DNA of 63,001 bases, filler included, from Octopus bimaculoides (GCF_001194135.2; 7 parts of 6 records of this genome joined end to end with filler, not necessarily neighbours in it); one strand, 5' to 3'; shown: positions 11,881-24,822, counted from the first letter of the whole stretch. Notes: generated by a model not told the origin, from the sequence alone. Numbers and translations are program-made.

Positions 11881-12065
11881 AAGGCCAGAGGAAGGAATAA
11901 ACTAATACCATCGACCCCAACACTTCACTGATATGTCATTTTATCGATCCAGGGGCGAAAAGCAAAGTTAACCTCAACAAGTTTTAACTCAAAATGTAGG
12001 GAGCTAGGAAAATACTGCAACGCATTTTATCCAACGCTCTGACGATTCTGCCAATCCACTTCCCC
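11881..12065 (-). mobile_element. tRNA-derived SINE, family B (degenerate)
   Basis: Reverse complement resembles 24593-24806 (GGCAGAATCGT...GAGTTAAAA...GGTCGATG). Confidence 0.7.
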
Positions 12066-13022
12066 ATTTTTGCACTTTAATAATGAAAATATCTTGCACA
12101 AGCTTAAGGCTACACATTGTCAGGAGAGAGAGAGTATTCTAAACTGGTACTTAAGTGGGTTTCAGGGATTTTGAACGTAAAAGACTTAAAGTTGCCACCG
12201 ACCAGAGTTATTTCTATTCATGATCCTTATTATAAACAAACTGCTTCCCTTAATACAATACTCTAGTCTTCAATTCATATAAAGCTTTGCTTTAATTTTT
12301 TTTACGCTTTTCATACTGTGTATTTTCATAAAGTATTTTGAATGATAACTAGAAAAGCTAGTGTTATTTCCTTGCAGTGATTATGGGAAAATACTGTTAT
12401 GTCCTGATTTTAACTTACTTTTCATCGATAAATTCTTCTGGTGGAAAAACCTTTCAATCGCAAGTTTTGCGAGATTTCTGAATTTGTATTATACCCAACA
12501 AATTAACAGAATGATTGTCAGTTAAACACTGCTTCTGCTGCCCACAACAGAAGGCTGAAGCTTCCCGTGGTATAATAAAACTGCCAGATGCATTGAGCTA
12601 TTGATTTTTCAAAGGACAATAATTAGATTTGAAACGGTAATGTGTTTGATAGTACGCTACTGTAAAAAAAAACCCCCAAAAAACTAAGATTTCTTACTAT
12701 TCTAAGCTAAATAACATATACAAAGTAACCTTGCACGTCTTATTAGCCATAATGGTTACTCGGCATCTTAATGCTTTTCGTACACAGAAATAAAAAAATA
12801 AAATGATAAAAGAAAAAAAGGATTAAATTTTGCATCCTTATACGAGAATAAAAACAGTCAATTCAACGAGTTGCTTCACAACAAGTAGTATGGTCGGCCG
12901 TTGCTTGTGTGTGTGGCCAAAAAACTTAACTCTCTGCAATAAAGAGCACTTCGCTTTAAGTAAGGTGTTATTGTACATTGTTGTAGGAGATGACAAAATT
13001 ATAAAATTGATAAACGCCTTAC

Positions 13023-13207
13023 TGTTTTTTGTTTAGCTTTCACCGCTAAAATCAAGTTTTCTTCTGAGTTCAGGGGAAGAAGCAGAAAACTACTGCAGTA
13101 TATTCCCTTATTGATTCCTAATAGGAAGACTAAATTTCAGCGATCTTCCAATTGCCCAAAATAATTACAGAACTAACTCTACCACTACCACCACCACCAC
13201 TTATATA
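13023..13207 (-). promoter_or_regulatory. Candidate core promoter and non-coding first exon of the GH18 gene
   Basis: TATATAAG at 13207-13200, Inr-like TTAGTT with its A at 13174, about 150 nt free of ATG, then ACA|GTAAGG at 13022. The acceptor at 11456 requires an upstream UTR exon, but this assignment rests on motifs only. Confidence 0.3.
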
Positions 13208-13507
13208 CACTATATATACATGGTTGAGCAAAAGCCACACGACAGTAAATCAAAATTCCATAAATACTATCTGTAGTTCTGTATTGACTAGAGTAAGAAA
13301 ATGTGTCGCTCAAGGACTTCAGTTTGAACAATTTTCATGATGCTTCACATTTAGATGCTTTTATTAAATTCATTCAGTTGTTAAACATAAATAAATCTTG
13401 GAATTAAATGGTTAGGATTTACTTTCAGGTGACTTTTGGCCAACCCTATATGTATATTGCAAACACAATAAACATATAAATGCCAGAAAACATTGGTTTC
13501 AAATTTT

Positions 13508-13706
13508 GGCACAAAGCTTGCAATTTTGGAGGAAAGGGTTAGTCGATTATATCAACCCCAGTGCTCAACTGGTGCTTATTTCATTGACTCCGAAAGGATG
13601 AAAGGCAAATTTGATTCCAGCGGAATTTGAACTCAGAACTTAAAAACGAATGAAATGTCGCTAAACATTTTGCCCGGCGTGCTAACGACTCTGCCAGCTC
13701 ACCGCC
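13508..13706 (-). mobile_element. tRNA-derived SINE, family B
   Basis: Reverse complement reads GGCGGTGAGCTGGCAGAGTCGTTAGCACGCCGGGCAAAATG...TGAGTTCAAATTCCGC...CCTTTCGGAGTC, with A-box and B-box-like motifs. Confidence 0.9.
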
Positions 13707-14142
13707 CTATTGCGAGAAAATNNNNNNNNNNNNNNNNNNNNNNNNNNNNNNNNNNNNNNNNNNNNNNNNNNNNNNNNNNNNNNNNNNNNNNNNNNNNNNN
13801 NNNNNNNNNNNNNNNNNNNNNNNNNNNNNNNNNNNNNNNNNNNNNNNNNNNNNNNNNNNNNNNNNNNNNNNNNNNNNNNNNNNNNNNNNNNNNNNNNNNN
13901 NNNNNNNNNNNNNNNNNNNNNNNNNNNNNNNNNNNNNNNNNNNNNNNNNNNNNNNNNNNNNNNNNNNNNNNNNNNNNNNNNNNNNNNNNNNNNNNNNNNN
14001 NNNNAATACGGAGATTATGATTCTGAAAAAAATTTCCAAAACTTTTTCTAAAATTTTTTTTAAGAATTTTTTTTTCCTAAATATGTACAAAACTACGGAC
14101 ATTATAAATCGGACAAAAATTTCAAAACATTTCTGTAGTTAC

Positions 14143-14203
14143 GGTTAGGGTTAGTGTGTTAGGATTAGGGTTAGGGTGTTAGGGTTAGGGTTAGGGTTAG
14201 TGT
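14143..14203 (+). repeat. Interstitial degenerate (TTAGGG)n telomeric-type repeat
   Basis: GGTTAGGGTTAGTGTGTTAGGATTAGGGTTAGGGTGTTAGGGTTAGGGTTAGGGTTAG. Confidence 0.85.
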
Positions 14204-15206
14204 TGGGGGAATAAAGTTAAAAATTGAAGAATTTGGGTGGGGAGCGGGGAAAATATAACAATGCCGACTTTTGGCAATTTTCCGGAACCTCCAAAAAATT
14301 TTTAAAATAAACAAATTTGGGAGAAAATGGCGGGGACGGGCGGAAGTCTTTCCAAAAACAAATACAATGCTTTAATTTTTTTTTTAAAAGAATAAGTATG
14401 GAAAAGTACTATTTAATTTATTTCATTAGTATATGTGTATAGAATAATTATGAATGATACTTTTTCAAGATGATTAATCGTTCGCATGATTTCTTTACAA
14501 ACTTATATTTTTACAAACCTGCGGCCCACTGTTTCAGAACCATTGACACAGATAAAACGGAAACAGAAAGACAAATAAGACTTCTATGTAGAACTCGAAA
14601 CCGACCTAACTTAATAATTAATAAACAATTTTAAAAATTATAATTGTGATTAACAGCAAAGAAGATTAGCGAAGTAAACTTGAAACTACTTACCACAATA
14701 GAGGTTGTTAATTTTAATAAATTATTATTGTTGACTACAAAGTAATCTCATTGCAATAGTTACTCCCTATGTACAAGGTTGGGCAATTAACAGCTGTTCA
14801 GATAAGATTTCACTTGAATTGGTCTTATGATAAATAGATACTAGCGAATATCAAAACACGCTGATTAAAATTACGTTAAAAGATTATTAAGATTTCTTTC
14901 TTCGGCATAAGGCACTTTTCCCGAAGGAAAATGTGTATAATATATTTGCTCGATTTATTTATATAAAAAAAAACATGATAACGCGGACAGTGGAATCTAA
15001 AAGTTGCTTGATAACACGCTGAAACGTTGCCAATTTGAATCGTATCAACAGCATTGAGTTGTGTCTATGGCCAAAACACTTAATCCTCAGTAGTGAAGAT
15101 CATCTAAGTTTACATAGGTACCCAAAGAACGGTAAAGTTCATTGTTGTTGGTGAAATTTTAAATACAGAAGCACGAAACCTCCAACTAGATATTACAAAA
15201 CATCTA

Positions 15207-15417
15207 CGAGGTGGTGCTGAAAAGTTCCTGGTTTTGAGTAAAAGAAAATACAGGAAGATCAGTTGATTATGATTTTGTCCAACATATTCCCCCTGAAATT
15301 CACACGCTTATTGCAACGGTCTTTCAGGTTTTCTAAGCCCTATAAAAGAACTCGGAAGGTTGGGCCTCCTACCAGGCCTTTTGCAACATCCTTAAAGCCA
15401 GGAACTTTTCAGCACCT
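15207..15417. mobile_element. Tc1/mariner-type MITE
   Basis: TA|CGAGGTGGTGCTGAAAAGTTCCTGG at the left and CCAGGAACTTTTCAGCACC at the right form inverted termini; the right tip is truncated. Confidence 0.8.
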
Positions 15418-15855
15418 TGGCTCTCCATCCTACGTACCTGATTTGCAATGGTGTATTGTCGATGTCATGTATTTTGCCGAATTAAAACGATATCGCATCT
15501 CAGCCAGTTTCCTGCTCTATGACCCTCGTGTTGACACTCTGCAAAATAGGCAATGATATTTATATCTTTCTAAAAGTCACTTATTTACGCAAGAAAATAG
15601 TTCCAAAATGAATCACAACTGATTATAAAGCCAGGAACTTTTCAGCACCTTGGCTCTCCATCCTACATACCTGATTTGCAATGGTGTATTGTCGATATCA
15701 TGTATTTTGCCGAATTGAAACGCTATTGCATCTCAGCCAGTTTCCTGCTCTATGACCCTCGTGTTGACACTCTGCAAAATAGGCAATGATATTTATATCT
15801 TTCTAAAAGTCACTTATTTACGCAAGAATATAGTTCCAAAAGGAATCACAACTGA
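15393..15855. repeat. 233-bp tandem duplication (2 copies)
   Basis: Copies start at 15393 and 15626 and differ by about 8 substitutions. Confidence 0.95.
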
Positions 15856-17049
15856 ATTCTTTAATTTACAATGCTAACAGCTACTACTGTCATTGACAAG
15901 GGAAACTACAAAACATGTAGCAAAATAGGCAAGTCTTAGTTAGTCAATATATAGAATTCGATACGTGTTTCTGTGTGTATATGTGTATGTGTGTGTGTGT
16001 AATTATTTAGACTTTGGGTATACGTCTAGAAGTGTGCCGATTAGAGCGCTTTCAACGGTTAGGCTACCTGACAGTTATATCGCAATTATGTATATATGTA
16101 TACATATATACTTTTCTGTGAGTAACATTTTAGTGTTTGAAGCGGTTGGAACATAAAGCGAAACTGTCCACAGACTGAACACTCCAGGAAAAGCTATAAA
16201 TATAAATATTTAGCTTATCACTTACTGTTGTCAAAGTATATACTTTCATTTTCATGTGGCCTGGACCCCGACGAATCAGCGAAATATCTTATTGTCAACA
16301 ATTCTATCTTTATTTATTAATACGATATTTTTAATCAGTGGTGTGTGCCGCCCGGAGAAGCCCTTGAATTTGCCGTCCCCGTTCCAGCTTGTACAGCAGA
16401 CCCAAAAGTGCTGCCTCCATAAAAGCGCCGCCCGGTGTGGATCTTCTCCGTTGCTCCTCCCCCAACTACGTTATTCTTTTTAATGGTAGTGCTGAACAGA
16501 ACGAATGCGAAAGCACATGGTTACGAAGTAATATTCTTAATCACACAACCACGTCTGCACGGCGTACACTTCAAATTGATATTATATAATCTAAACATAG
16601 TGTATTGACTGAGAGGTGCAATATATGCACCACTTGCATCATAAGATTTCTATTATTTGGAAAAAAAATTTATTTATGAATCTGAAAAGAAAAAAAATTA
16701 TTCCGTTTTTTAAAGCTTTGTTTCTTAGTACACAATCAGCAGTAAATTTTCCATTTCCGACAGTTTCCGAAATTTGATATTTTCTTTTCTATAATTAAAT
16801 GTATTCAACATAGGCGATTACAATCCAGCAAGAAATTAAGTTTTGTGGTTAGGGATACGGTTTTAGTAATGTATAGTTTAAGTTTAGAGGGTTACAAAGA
16901 GAAGATAAATAATGGAAAATGGAGCAGGAAATCTCTTTTTACATATATATATAATAACGATATAAAACCAAAAAGGAAAAATTCAATTGTCACTTATTGT
17001 GACTGACGGTGCGGGGTAGCACCTTTATATATCAGAAAGTAAAATGTAG

Positions 17050-17560
17050 GAGAAAAGAATCGTTATTGTCCAGCATAGACATATGAGTTGAAATACCACC
17101 GAGATCAACTTTACCTTTCATCCTTTCGTGGTCAATAAAATAAGTGCCAGTAGGGCACTTGGGGTGTCGATGTAGTCGACTATCCTCCTCACGACCAAAA
17201 ATTTCAGACATTGTGTCTATAGTAGAAAGGGTTATTATCATTAGAATTACTGTTATTTAAACAGTTGACAAGGCTGTGAGATGGCAGAATCATTAGCACA
17301 CCGGGCGAACAAATTTCACGGAGGTCGACTTTACCTTTTTATCTTTTGGGGGTTGATAAGTACCAGTAAAGCACTGGATCGATGTAATCGACTAACCTCA
17401 TTCCCCTAACTTGCTGGCCTTGTGGCAAAATTTATTTAGGCAGTGGATGGCAGAACCAATAGCTTGCTGTTTTCGTTACCTTCCATTCCAGTTAAACTCT
17501 GATTTCAAATCCTGCCGGAGTCAACTTCGCTTTCATAATAGACTATATAAGCACCTGTAA
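17050..17560 (+). mobile_element. Cluster of three degenerate family B SINE copies
   Basis: The motif GAG(G/A)TC(G/A)ACTT..C.TTT.AT recurs at about 17100, 17320 and 17517. Confidence 0.7.
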
Positions 17561-18323
17561 TGTACTACCATGGTCATCAATGTAACCGACCTGTTAAAGA
17601 AAATGTTAGCCTTGTGCTTAAGCTATAAACTGCAATTATCTTTTTATGCTCTAATAGGCTTTTACAATCGGCTTCTGATTACCATTTTCATTTTTCATTT
17701 TATCTAGTTTCAGCTCATGAGCTGTGGCCATGCTGGGGCACCACCATGTGTAAAAGGTTAATTATTTTTCGCATAAATAACCACGAATTCTCTTCTGCTA
17801 AGTTTACAATACCATTGTGCTTGTTCAAAACCAAATACTGGATTCTCTTTGTTAAATCCTACATCCATTGTGTCAGAACTTAAAATTCTTTAGAAGATTA
17901 CGCAGCGAGTAATTACCTTGTTCTAAAACAACTGAAAATATGAAACTACATATTATTTACGCTTTAACAAATCTATATTACTTGTAACTTTTCTTCGAAT
18001 ACAAAATATTTAAAAGTAATTATTGATGGAGATTATTTTTACCAAATCAAAATAACGTCATTGATAATATAATGATTCAAAAGTATGGCTGGTGGAGCTC
18101 TGGCACAGTTACAGCCGGAATCAATAAATTAACAAAATAATAATTAAATATTAATTTCTTTTGTCTTGACATAATCGTTCTATATTCTTGAGGAGTGAAA
18201 ACAAGTTGTAGCATGTATTTTCGTGATATTTGGCTGACCAGTTTTATGTTCCAGGGCCGAATTCTTGCATAGCCACAGCGAAATGGCTGAAACCAGTAAA
18301 ATTATATTATAATGCTATGAATA

Positions 18324-18397
<74 letters not shown>

Positions 18398-18419
18398 AGA
18401 ATTTATGAAAAAAAAACAA

Positions 18420-18560
18420 CAGACGAAGACAGGTGGTGTAAACAACAAATGGATATATTAGTATAACGCTCGGGAATAGAGAAAGTCTTTGACGTTTCGA
18501 GCCTACGCTCTTTAACAGAAAGGAACACAAACAGAAACAAGGAGAGAAACAAAGAGAGAA
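18420..18560 (-). mobile_element. Penelope-type terminal fragment carrying a hammerhead-like motif
   Basis: Reverse complement of 33735-33853, about 90% identical. It contains CTTT CTGTTAA A GAGC GTAG GCTC GAAA C GTC AAAG. Confidence 0.65.
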
Positions 18561-18617
18561 AAAAATATAAATGTGGTGGTCAGCGATCTATCATGGATAT
18601 ACATGCATATATATATA

Positions 18618-19883
18618 TAGGGTCGTCCCATAAATAATGCGGTTTTTTCAATTGCATGAACTAAAAAGAGGGGGACCGGATAAACTATCTGCATCAACTT
18701 GCTACAAAAGCAGGAATTATTTTTACCTTCTACTTATTCTGAGTGCAAGTTTTGAAGAGTGCAGTTCGATTTTAACAGTTATTCTTTCAAAGCTATAATG
18801 GAAGTGACAAAGGAGCATATTCGGCAAATTTTGCTTTATGAGTTCAATAAAGCAACAACGTAACGGAAAGTGCGAGGAATATTAATGCAGTACATGGGAA
18901 TCGGAAATAGGCGTAAGCCAGTGTCAACGGTGGTTCCAGAATTCCGAGCCGGAAGCTACAGCCTTGAAGACGAGCTTCGTCCTGGAAGATCTAAAGAACT
19001 CGATGAGAACGTCCTGCAAACTCTGGTGGAACAAAATCCCATCGTAACTGTTGAGGAACTGGCAGAGCAGCTTGGATTTGGTCATTCAGCCATTCATTGA
19101 CACCTGCGTGCCATCGGAAAAGTCAGCAAATTGAGTCAATGGGTTCCTCACAAATTGTCCGAGTTTAATCTCGCGCAGAGAGTGAATGTGTGCTCTTCTT
19201 TGCTGCCACGTTTCATGAATGAACTTTTTTGGGGCCGAATAGTGACTAGTGACGAGAAATGGGTTCCCTATAAAAATGTCAAGCGCCGAAGACAATGGGT
19301 AGGGAGAGAAGAAACACCGGCAACCCGGGCTAAAGAGAATCTTGAACCACGTAAGGTGTTGTTATCTGTCTGGTAGAATATGAACGGTTTAGTCCACTTT
19401 CAACTTTTAAACCCAGACCAAACGATAACAAAGGAAATCTACTGCGAGCAGCTTGAGTCAGTGCTAGAGGCAAAATGACCATCTTTGGTTTCAAGACGAA
19501 AGGTGTTCTTCCATCAGGATAATACTCGACCACATACAGTGAGGATGACATTCCAAAGGCTGGAGCAGTTTGAATGGGAAATGATGCACCACCCACCATA
19601 TTCGCCGGACATTGCCCCATCTGATTATCATTTATTCCGTAGTTTTCAAAATTATTTGGATAAAATATGAATTCTGTAGACGAGGTCAGAACAGTACTCG
19701 GGGAGTATTTTTCCTCGCGGACAAGTGAATTTTGGAAGAGGGGCCTTGCAAGTCTACCAGATAGATGGAAAAGCATTGTAGAAAATGGAGAGTATATTTT
19801 AGATTAAAAAAGAACTTTGTTTATCTTAATTTTGAAAAATAAAAGAAGTATAAGAAAATCGCATTATTTGTGGGATGACCCAG
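18618..19883 (+). mobile_element. Full-length (1266 bp) dead mariner element, DD34D
   Basis: TA TSDs at 18616-17 and 19884-85 and imperfect TIRs of about 28 bp (..GGGTC(G/A)TCCCA(T/C)AAATAATGCG). The transposase starts at ATG 18798 (MEVTKEHIRQILLYEF) and has WVPHKL, VTSDEKW, FHQDNTRPH and YSPDIAPSDYHLF, with 34 residues between the last two Asp. It is broken by frameshifts and stops. Confidence 0.97.
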
Positions 19884-20090
19884 TATACATATATTTGTCT
19901 AAGAGTAATGGGTGTGAGTTGCATTTTGTATGCTTTAGAAGTATGTAGATGTAATTAAATACAGACTTTTGACTAGGTCCAAGCATTCTGTTCTTAAAGC
20001 GAGGTAATGAGAACTTGTGATATTTACGCCTTTCTAAAATACAATCGAATAATACTTAATCAGGCATACTCGGCTCTAAGCCATATAGAA

Positions 20091-20387
20091 CAGGGGTTTT
20101 CAAACTGTAGTCCGCGGACCACAGGGGGTCCGCAAGGACAAGACAGGGGGTCCGTAGACAGCAAATACTTTTTATGGGCAATTTGAGTTTATATATGTTT
20201 TTTAATCGAAATCTTTTAATTGACAGTAAACCTATTTGTTAAATACTGCTAAATAAATAAATGTAAAAATATATGTTATTTTAAGCAAATATTTATGTAT
20301 AAATTTCATAAGCGTTTATAAGGAGGTCCCTAAGGTAAAGCCTGAAATATAAAGGGGTCCGCAAGTCAAAAAGTTTGAAAACCCCTG
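20091..20387. mobile_element. hAT-type MITE
   Basis: Perfect 16-bp TIR CAGGGGTTTTCAAACT and perfect 8-bp TSD ATATAGAA (20083-20090 and 20388-20395). Confidence 0.95.
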
Positions 20388-20913
20388 ATATAGAATGTTG
20401 CTCATAATTCTGATAACCCCGTTATTCCCAGACAAATTTTCTTAAAAAGCGAAACAAAATAGCAACTGTAAACTAAACCACTGAGAACGACTCAAATCTT
20501 GTCACAAGAAAATGGATACGACATAATCTTCATTTGGAAAACTCTTAGGTGCCAAACTTCGTTACACATCATTGCAGAAATACAAGAACGGAAAGATCAT
20601 AGCCCTAGTATATAGAATTAGCTTACTATGACTAGTATTCCGTCCTTGAATACGACGTGGGGTCTTAACCACAAAACGATCACGATCATTCGACCAACGA
20701 CTAATTAATTTTGAAAAGCACCAACGTATATGAGTAAAGTTCCTATTTATGTGACTGATGTTATTAGCTACCAACGAATGCCAAAAGTCAGCCAAAGGCC
20801 GAGACTTTGGTGCATGGTATTAATCAAAATTTTGTAACTTTCCAGCCAATTAAAGAAAACACATTCCTATACAATCTTCTTATTATTATTTACGCGTATA
20901 TATAATCAATTTT

Positions 20914-20946
<33 letters not shown>

Positions 20947-23900
20947 TTACTTAGTTTCATATACTTTAAATATTTACATTTTCTTTAAGTACGTAAAATA
21001 CCTTTTCAGACACGGCAAAATAAATTTTCAAAATAATCATTTCATATTTTCTTTTGTGCAGTGTTTTAGATATTTTCAGACTGATTCTACTTCATTATTG
21101 TTACACTCTGTAATTATGTTTAATGCTGCTTCACATAATGAACAATGAATTTATTGAATTACCTTTATCTCTTAAATAGTTTATCAAGAGAGTTCTAAAT
21201 ATATTGAATAGTAGGCAAAACAATGAGAAATAACTATTAAAATGGTCCAACACGACAAATGGAAAGTTTCAGTGAGTATGTGCGCGTTCGAGTATGTGTG
21301 TTAGTTTTACCTGAAGACAGCCAATAAAATGAATTGAAAGAAAAAAATATTTTAAACGAATGCATAGAAATGCAATCGATCGTGTTTTTGATTCGCAGTT
21401 AATTTTAGAAATGTGGGGGTGGATCGCTTAGAGAAATAAAAAACAATTAACGAAGAACTAACTGTACGCCTAAATGCTTGATTCACTGATATGCAATACT
21501 TTTTTTCAAATAAAATGACTATATTCTTGTCAAAGCACTGTGTGAATTTAAGCGTTTTCTTTCGTGAAATTAATATCTGCACAACTTAATATGAATTAAA
21601 AAACGAATTTGAATAACACTTATCATGGCAACGTAATTTATTTCGTTCCTTGTCGCCAAAGATTTGCAATAGTTCGTCATTAACAGATAGATTCAAATGC
21701 TCTCTCCATATGCTTTTATTCTGATCCATATATGATGGTTCTAACCATAATGCTTCACGAAAGGATCAAATTATCTGCTTCTTCTCCGTTTATGATAGAA
21801 GATTCCATTACCTGAATAATAAAGGAAAACCGGTTATCATACATCATGTATAGTTGCCTAGCAGGTTAAATGAAGGATTGCGTGTGCTTTCTTTCAATAT
21901 TAATATGCAGTATCCATTCAATCATTGATAAGGTTAGAGGAACATTTTACTTTTAGAAAGTTCTTCTGTTGCTACTTCATTATCCATAAATTGTAAAACA
22001 TGCTTTTTCATTACTTGAAGTCAACATCTTTACTTGAGTATTAATAATTTACCAGCTACTAGATAAATTATAAAGAAACGAGTTAACAAATAAAGAATAC
22101 CGCAGAGGGAAGACTGGGAGATTAATATGTGGATAGCAATGACCGTTCTATTAAATATTAAAATTAAAACAAGAATTGGTTCAAAATCGTTGCAGTTAGC
22201 AGTGGGACGCAATGTATAATTAACGTGATTCATGTATTTGCATCGTTTATACGTCCCTTTAATCAAGGATACAATATTCGGGGTTTTGTCTAAAGAAAGA
22301 ATTAACAAGTAACTCTTGACTGTTTAGTACATTTGTGAATTAGTTTCAGCTCTAGAACACTACGAAACTGTTGGCAACGATAGAGAAAATGGAGATAGAA
22401 AACGAGCAAATAAAAATCACTCATTCCAACGCTGTCATTTGTTATTCTTAGCTTTTGGTTCACAAGCTAGCAATGATTAACCTGACAAATGATCATCGGC
22501 GTTTCACATTTTTTTCAGCCATAATGCACATTATCTAAAGTATCCTTCAATGAATCTCTATGTCTTTGGTGGCGTGTAATTTAAGGGAGATTTGGTTGCC
22601 TTTTTCTATCAGTTCGAGCAAACGTATAAAGCCTCCACTCATTGGAGTTGTGAGATGACATTTCAGTGGGTTGTGACATAGAATGAAGTGGTGACACATC
22701 ATTAACATCGATTTTTATAATAATATTAACTCTTAAACAAAGTTTGTTCGACTAGAGCACATTGAAAATTTATTCTGCAATTGTAGATTTAATCCTTACG
22801 AGATTAGGATCAAGGACAGTGTGCTCATTCTGTTTGAAACGACATACTTGTGTGACTCTGGATTCAGTTCTCTTTTTTTAATCAAGGCAAAATTTATGTT
22901 TCATCTGGCTTCACTGGCAGAATTGTAGATCGCAATCAGCAAAAAAGTTCCGTTTGATAAAGCCATGAACTAAAAGCAAAATCGTTGTCATCGAATTTCA
23001 TGCTCACAATTGTGATTGATTTCACTGTTTACACTTCTTTTTTGTAATTGCTCAATTTACATTTATATTTTATGCGCAGAATCAAAAGCTTATATCTTTA
23101 GTTCAGTTTCATTAATGAAAAAAAAAAGAAAGAAAGAAAGAAACTAAACTAGTCATTAGAAAATTATCATTTTCATCCTCAATTGAATATTACTTTCGTA
23201 TGTGTGTAGGGGTGGGGTGCTAAAATTAATCAAGCATTTTCTAAGGATCCAGGACGTAGAAAACTTTGGAAAATCACTGACATAGAGGCTCCATCATTGG
23301 CTCGTGACAGGTGCTAGTTGTGTATTTGTGTTTTCTCACATTGTTATGTTTAGTTCACATTGACTTTGTTCTCTAACATACTAGAAGAGCAGCATAAAGG
23401 GTTCATTAAGAACGTTGTGAACGTTAATTGAAATCTTACATGATTTATGTATGGCAGAAAAATTCTTTTTACAAATTATATAGCCGCACAAAATATAGGG
23501 GACGACTTCGTGATAATGCACCAAGGTGACTTAAAATTAACGTTTAATTTGATGGTTTTAAAAAAACTGATCTCGTTTAATTTTCTTGTGGAATACGTGA
23601 CTTTATGATATTTATGAAAGTACTTTCGGATAACTTGAGTATATTTTGTTGGTATGTACTCATTTATCATTCCATTATAAATAAATTTATATTAAAAAAA
23701 ATATGACTTCGTGTACAGACTCTGTATTTATAGCAAAAGGAAATAAGATTGTATACCGTTTATGTTATATAAGCAGGATTTATAACGTGAAACGATTCTC
23801 AACCAGTATGGAGGCCAGGTGGGAAACAGTCAAAATTCTTGTAATTAATCTACACCATGCTCGGGTCATTCTTTCGCATTTAACAGTCTTTGATTTTGAT

Positions 23901-24269
23901 TTTGTAGATCAGTAATTGATCTTTCCGGCAATATAAACCTTAGCAGCATCTCAATTCTTTTGGAAGTGAGATGGGTTTTTTTTTCGTTTTCTAAGTGATC
24001 ATATATTCTTTATGAAACTAATGTTAGTGAACAGGTTATAGGCTTGTATGTTTTTTTGAGATTGTTATTATTTTAACATTGAGAATTAAAATGGTTTTCC
24101 TTGCAGTTGACAAAGTAACTGCCGCACTAGTACTGGGATTAATATAATCGATTGTTCCTTCATCTCCTCACAGAAATGTTTAGCTTATGCTTGGCAGAAT
24201 TGTTAGAGGATCGGGCAAAATACTTTCCGGCATTTCTTCCGATTCTTTTCATTCTGAATTCAAATCCCA

Positions 24270-24538
24270 ATGAGGTCAATATTACCGTTTATCCTTTTGG
24301 AGTTAAAGGTACCAGTCAAGTACAAGGTCGATGGTATCGAATAAAACCCTTCCCTCAAAATTGCTGGCCTTGTGCCTGAATCAGAAACTAATAGAATTCT
24401 TCACACGCTGGACAAAATGCTTAGCAGCATTTCTTCTGGCTCTTTAAATTCTGAAATCAAATCCCGTCGAGGTCGACTTCGCTTTTCATCCTTTCGGGGT
24501 CAGTAAAATAAAGTATCAGTTGAGCACTGGAATCGATA

Positions 24539-24592
<54 letters not shown>

Positions 24593-24806
24593 GGCAGTGA
24601 GCAGGCAGAATTGTTAGCGCGCCGGGCGAAATGCTTAGCGGTATTTCGTCCGCTTTGACGTTCTGAGTTCAAATCCCGCGGAGGTCGACTTTGCCTTTCA
24701 TCCTTTCGAGGTCGATAAATTAAGTACCAGTGAAACACTGGGATCGATGTAATCGACTAGTCCCCTCCCCAATAAAATTTCGGGCTTTGTGCCTACAGTA
24801 GAAAGG
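24270..24806 (+). mobile_element. Cluster of family B SINE copies around a (TTA)n tract; best copy 24593-24806
   Basis: GGCAGTGAGCAGGCAGAATTGTTAGCGCGCCGGGCGAAATGC...TGAGTTCAAATCCCGCGGAGGTCGAC. Partial copies are at about 24270-24380 and 24390-24540. Confidence 0.9.
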
Positions 24807-24822
24807 ATTATTATTATTATTA

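Noticed and set aside
20562-20815. Higher-complexity stretch with partly open frames on both strands
   Set aside because: No recognisable motif or splice structure; possibly an old transposon fragment.
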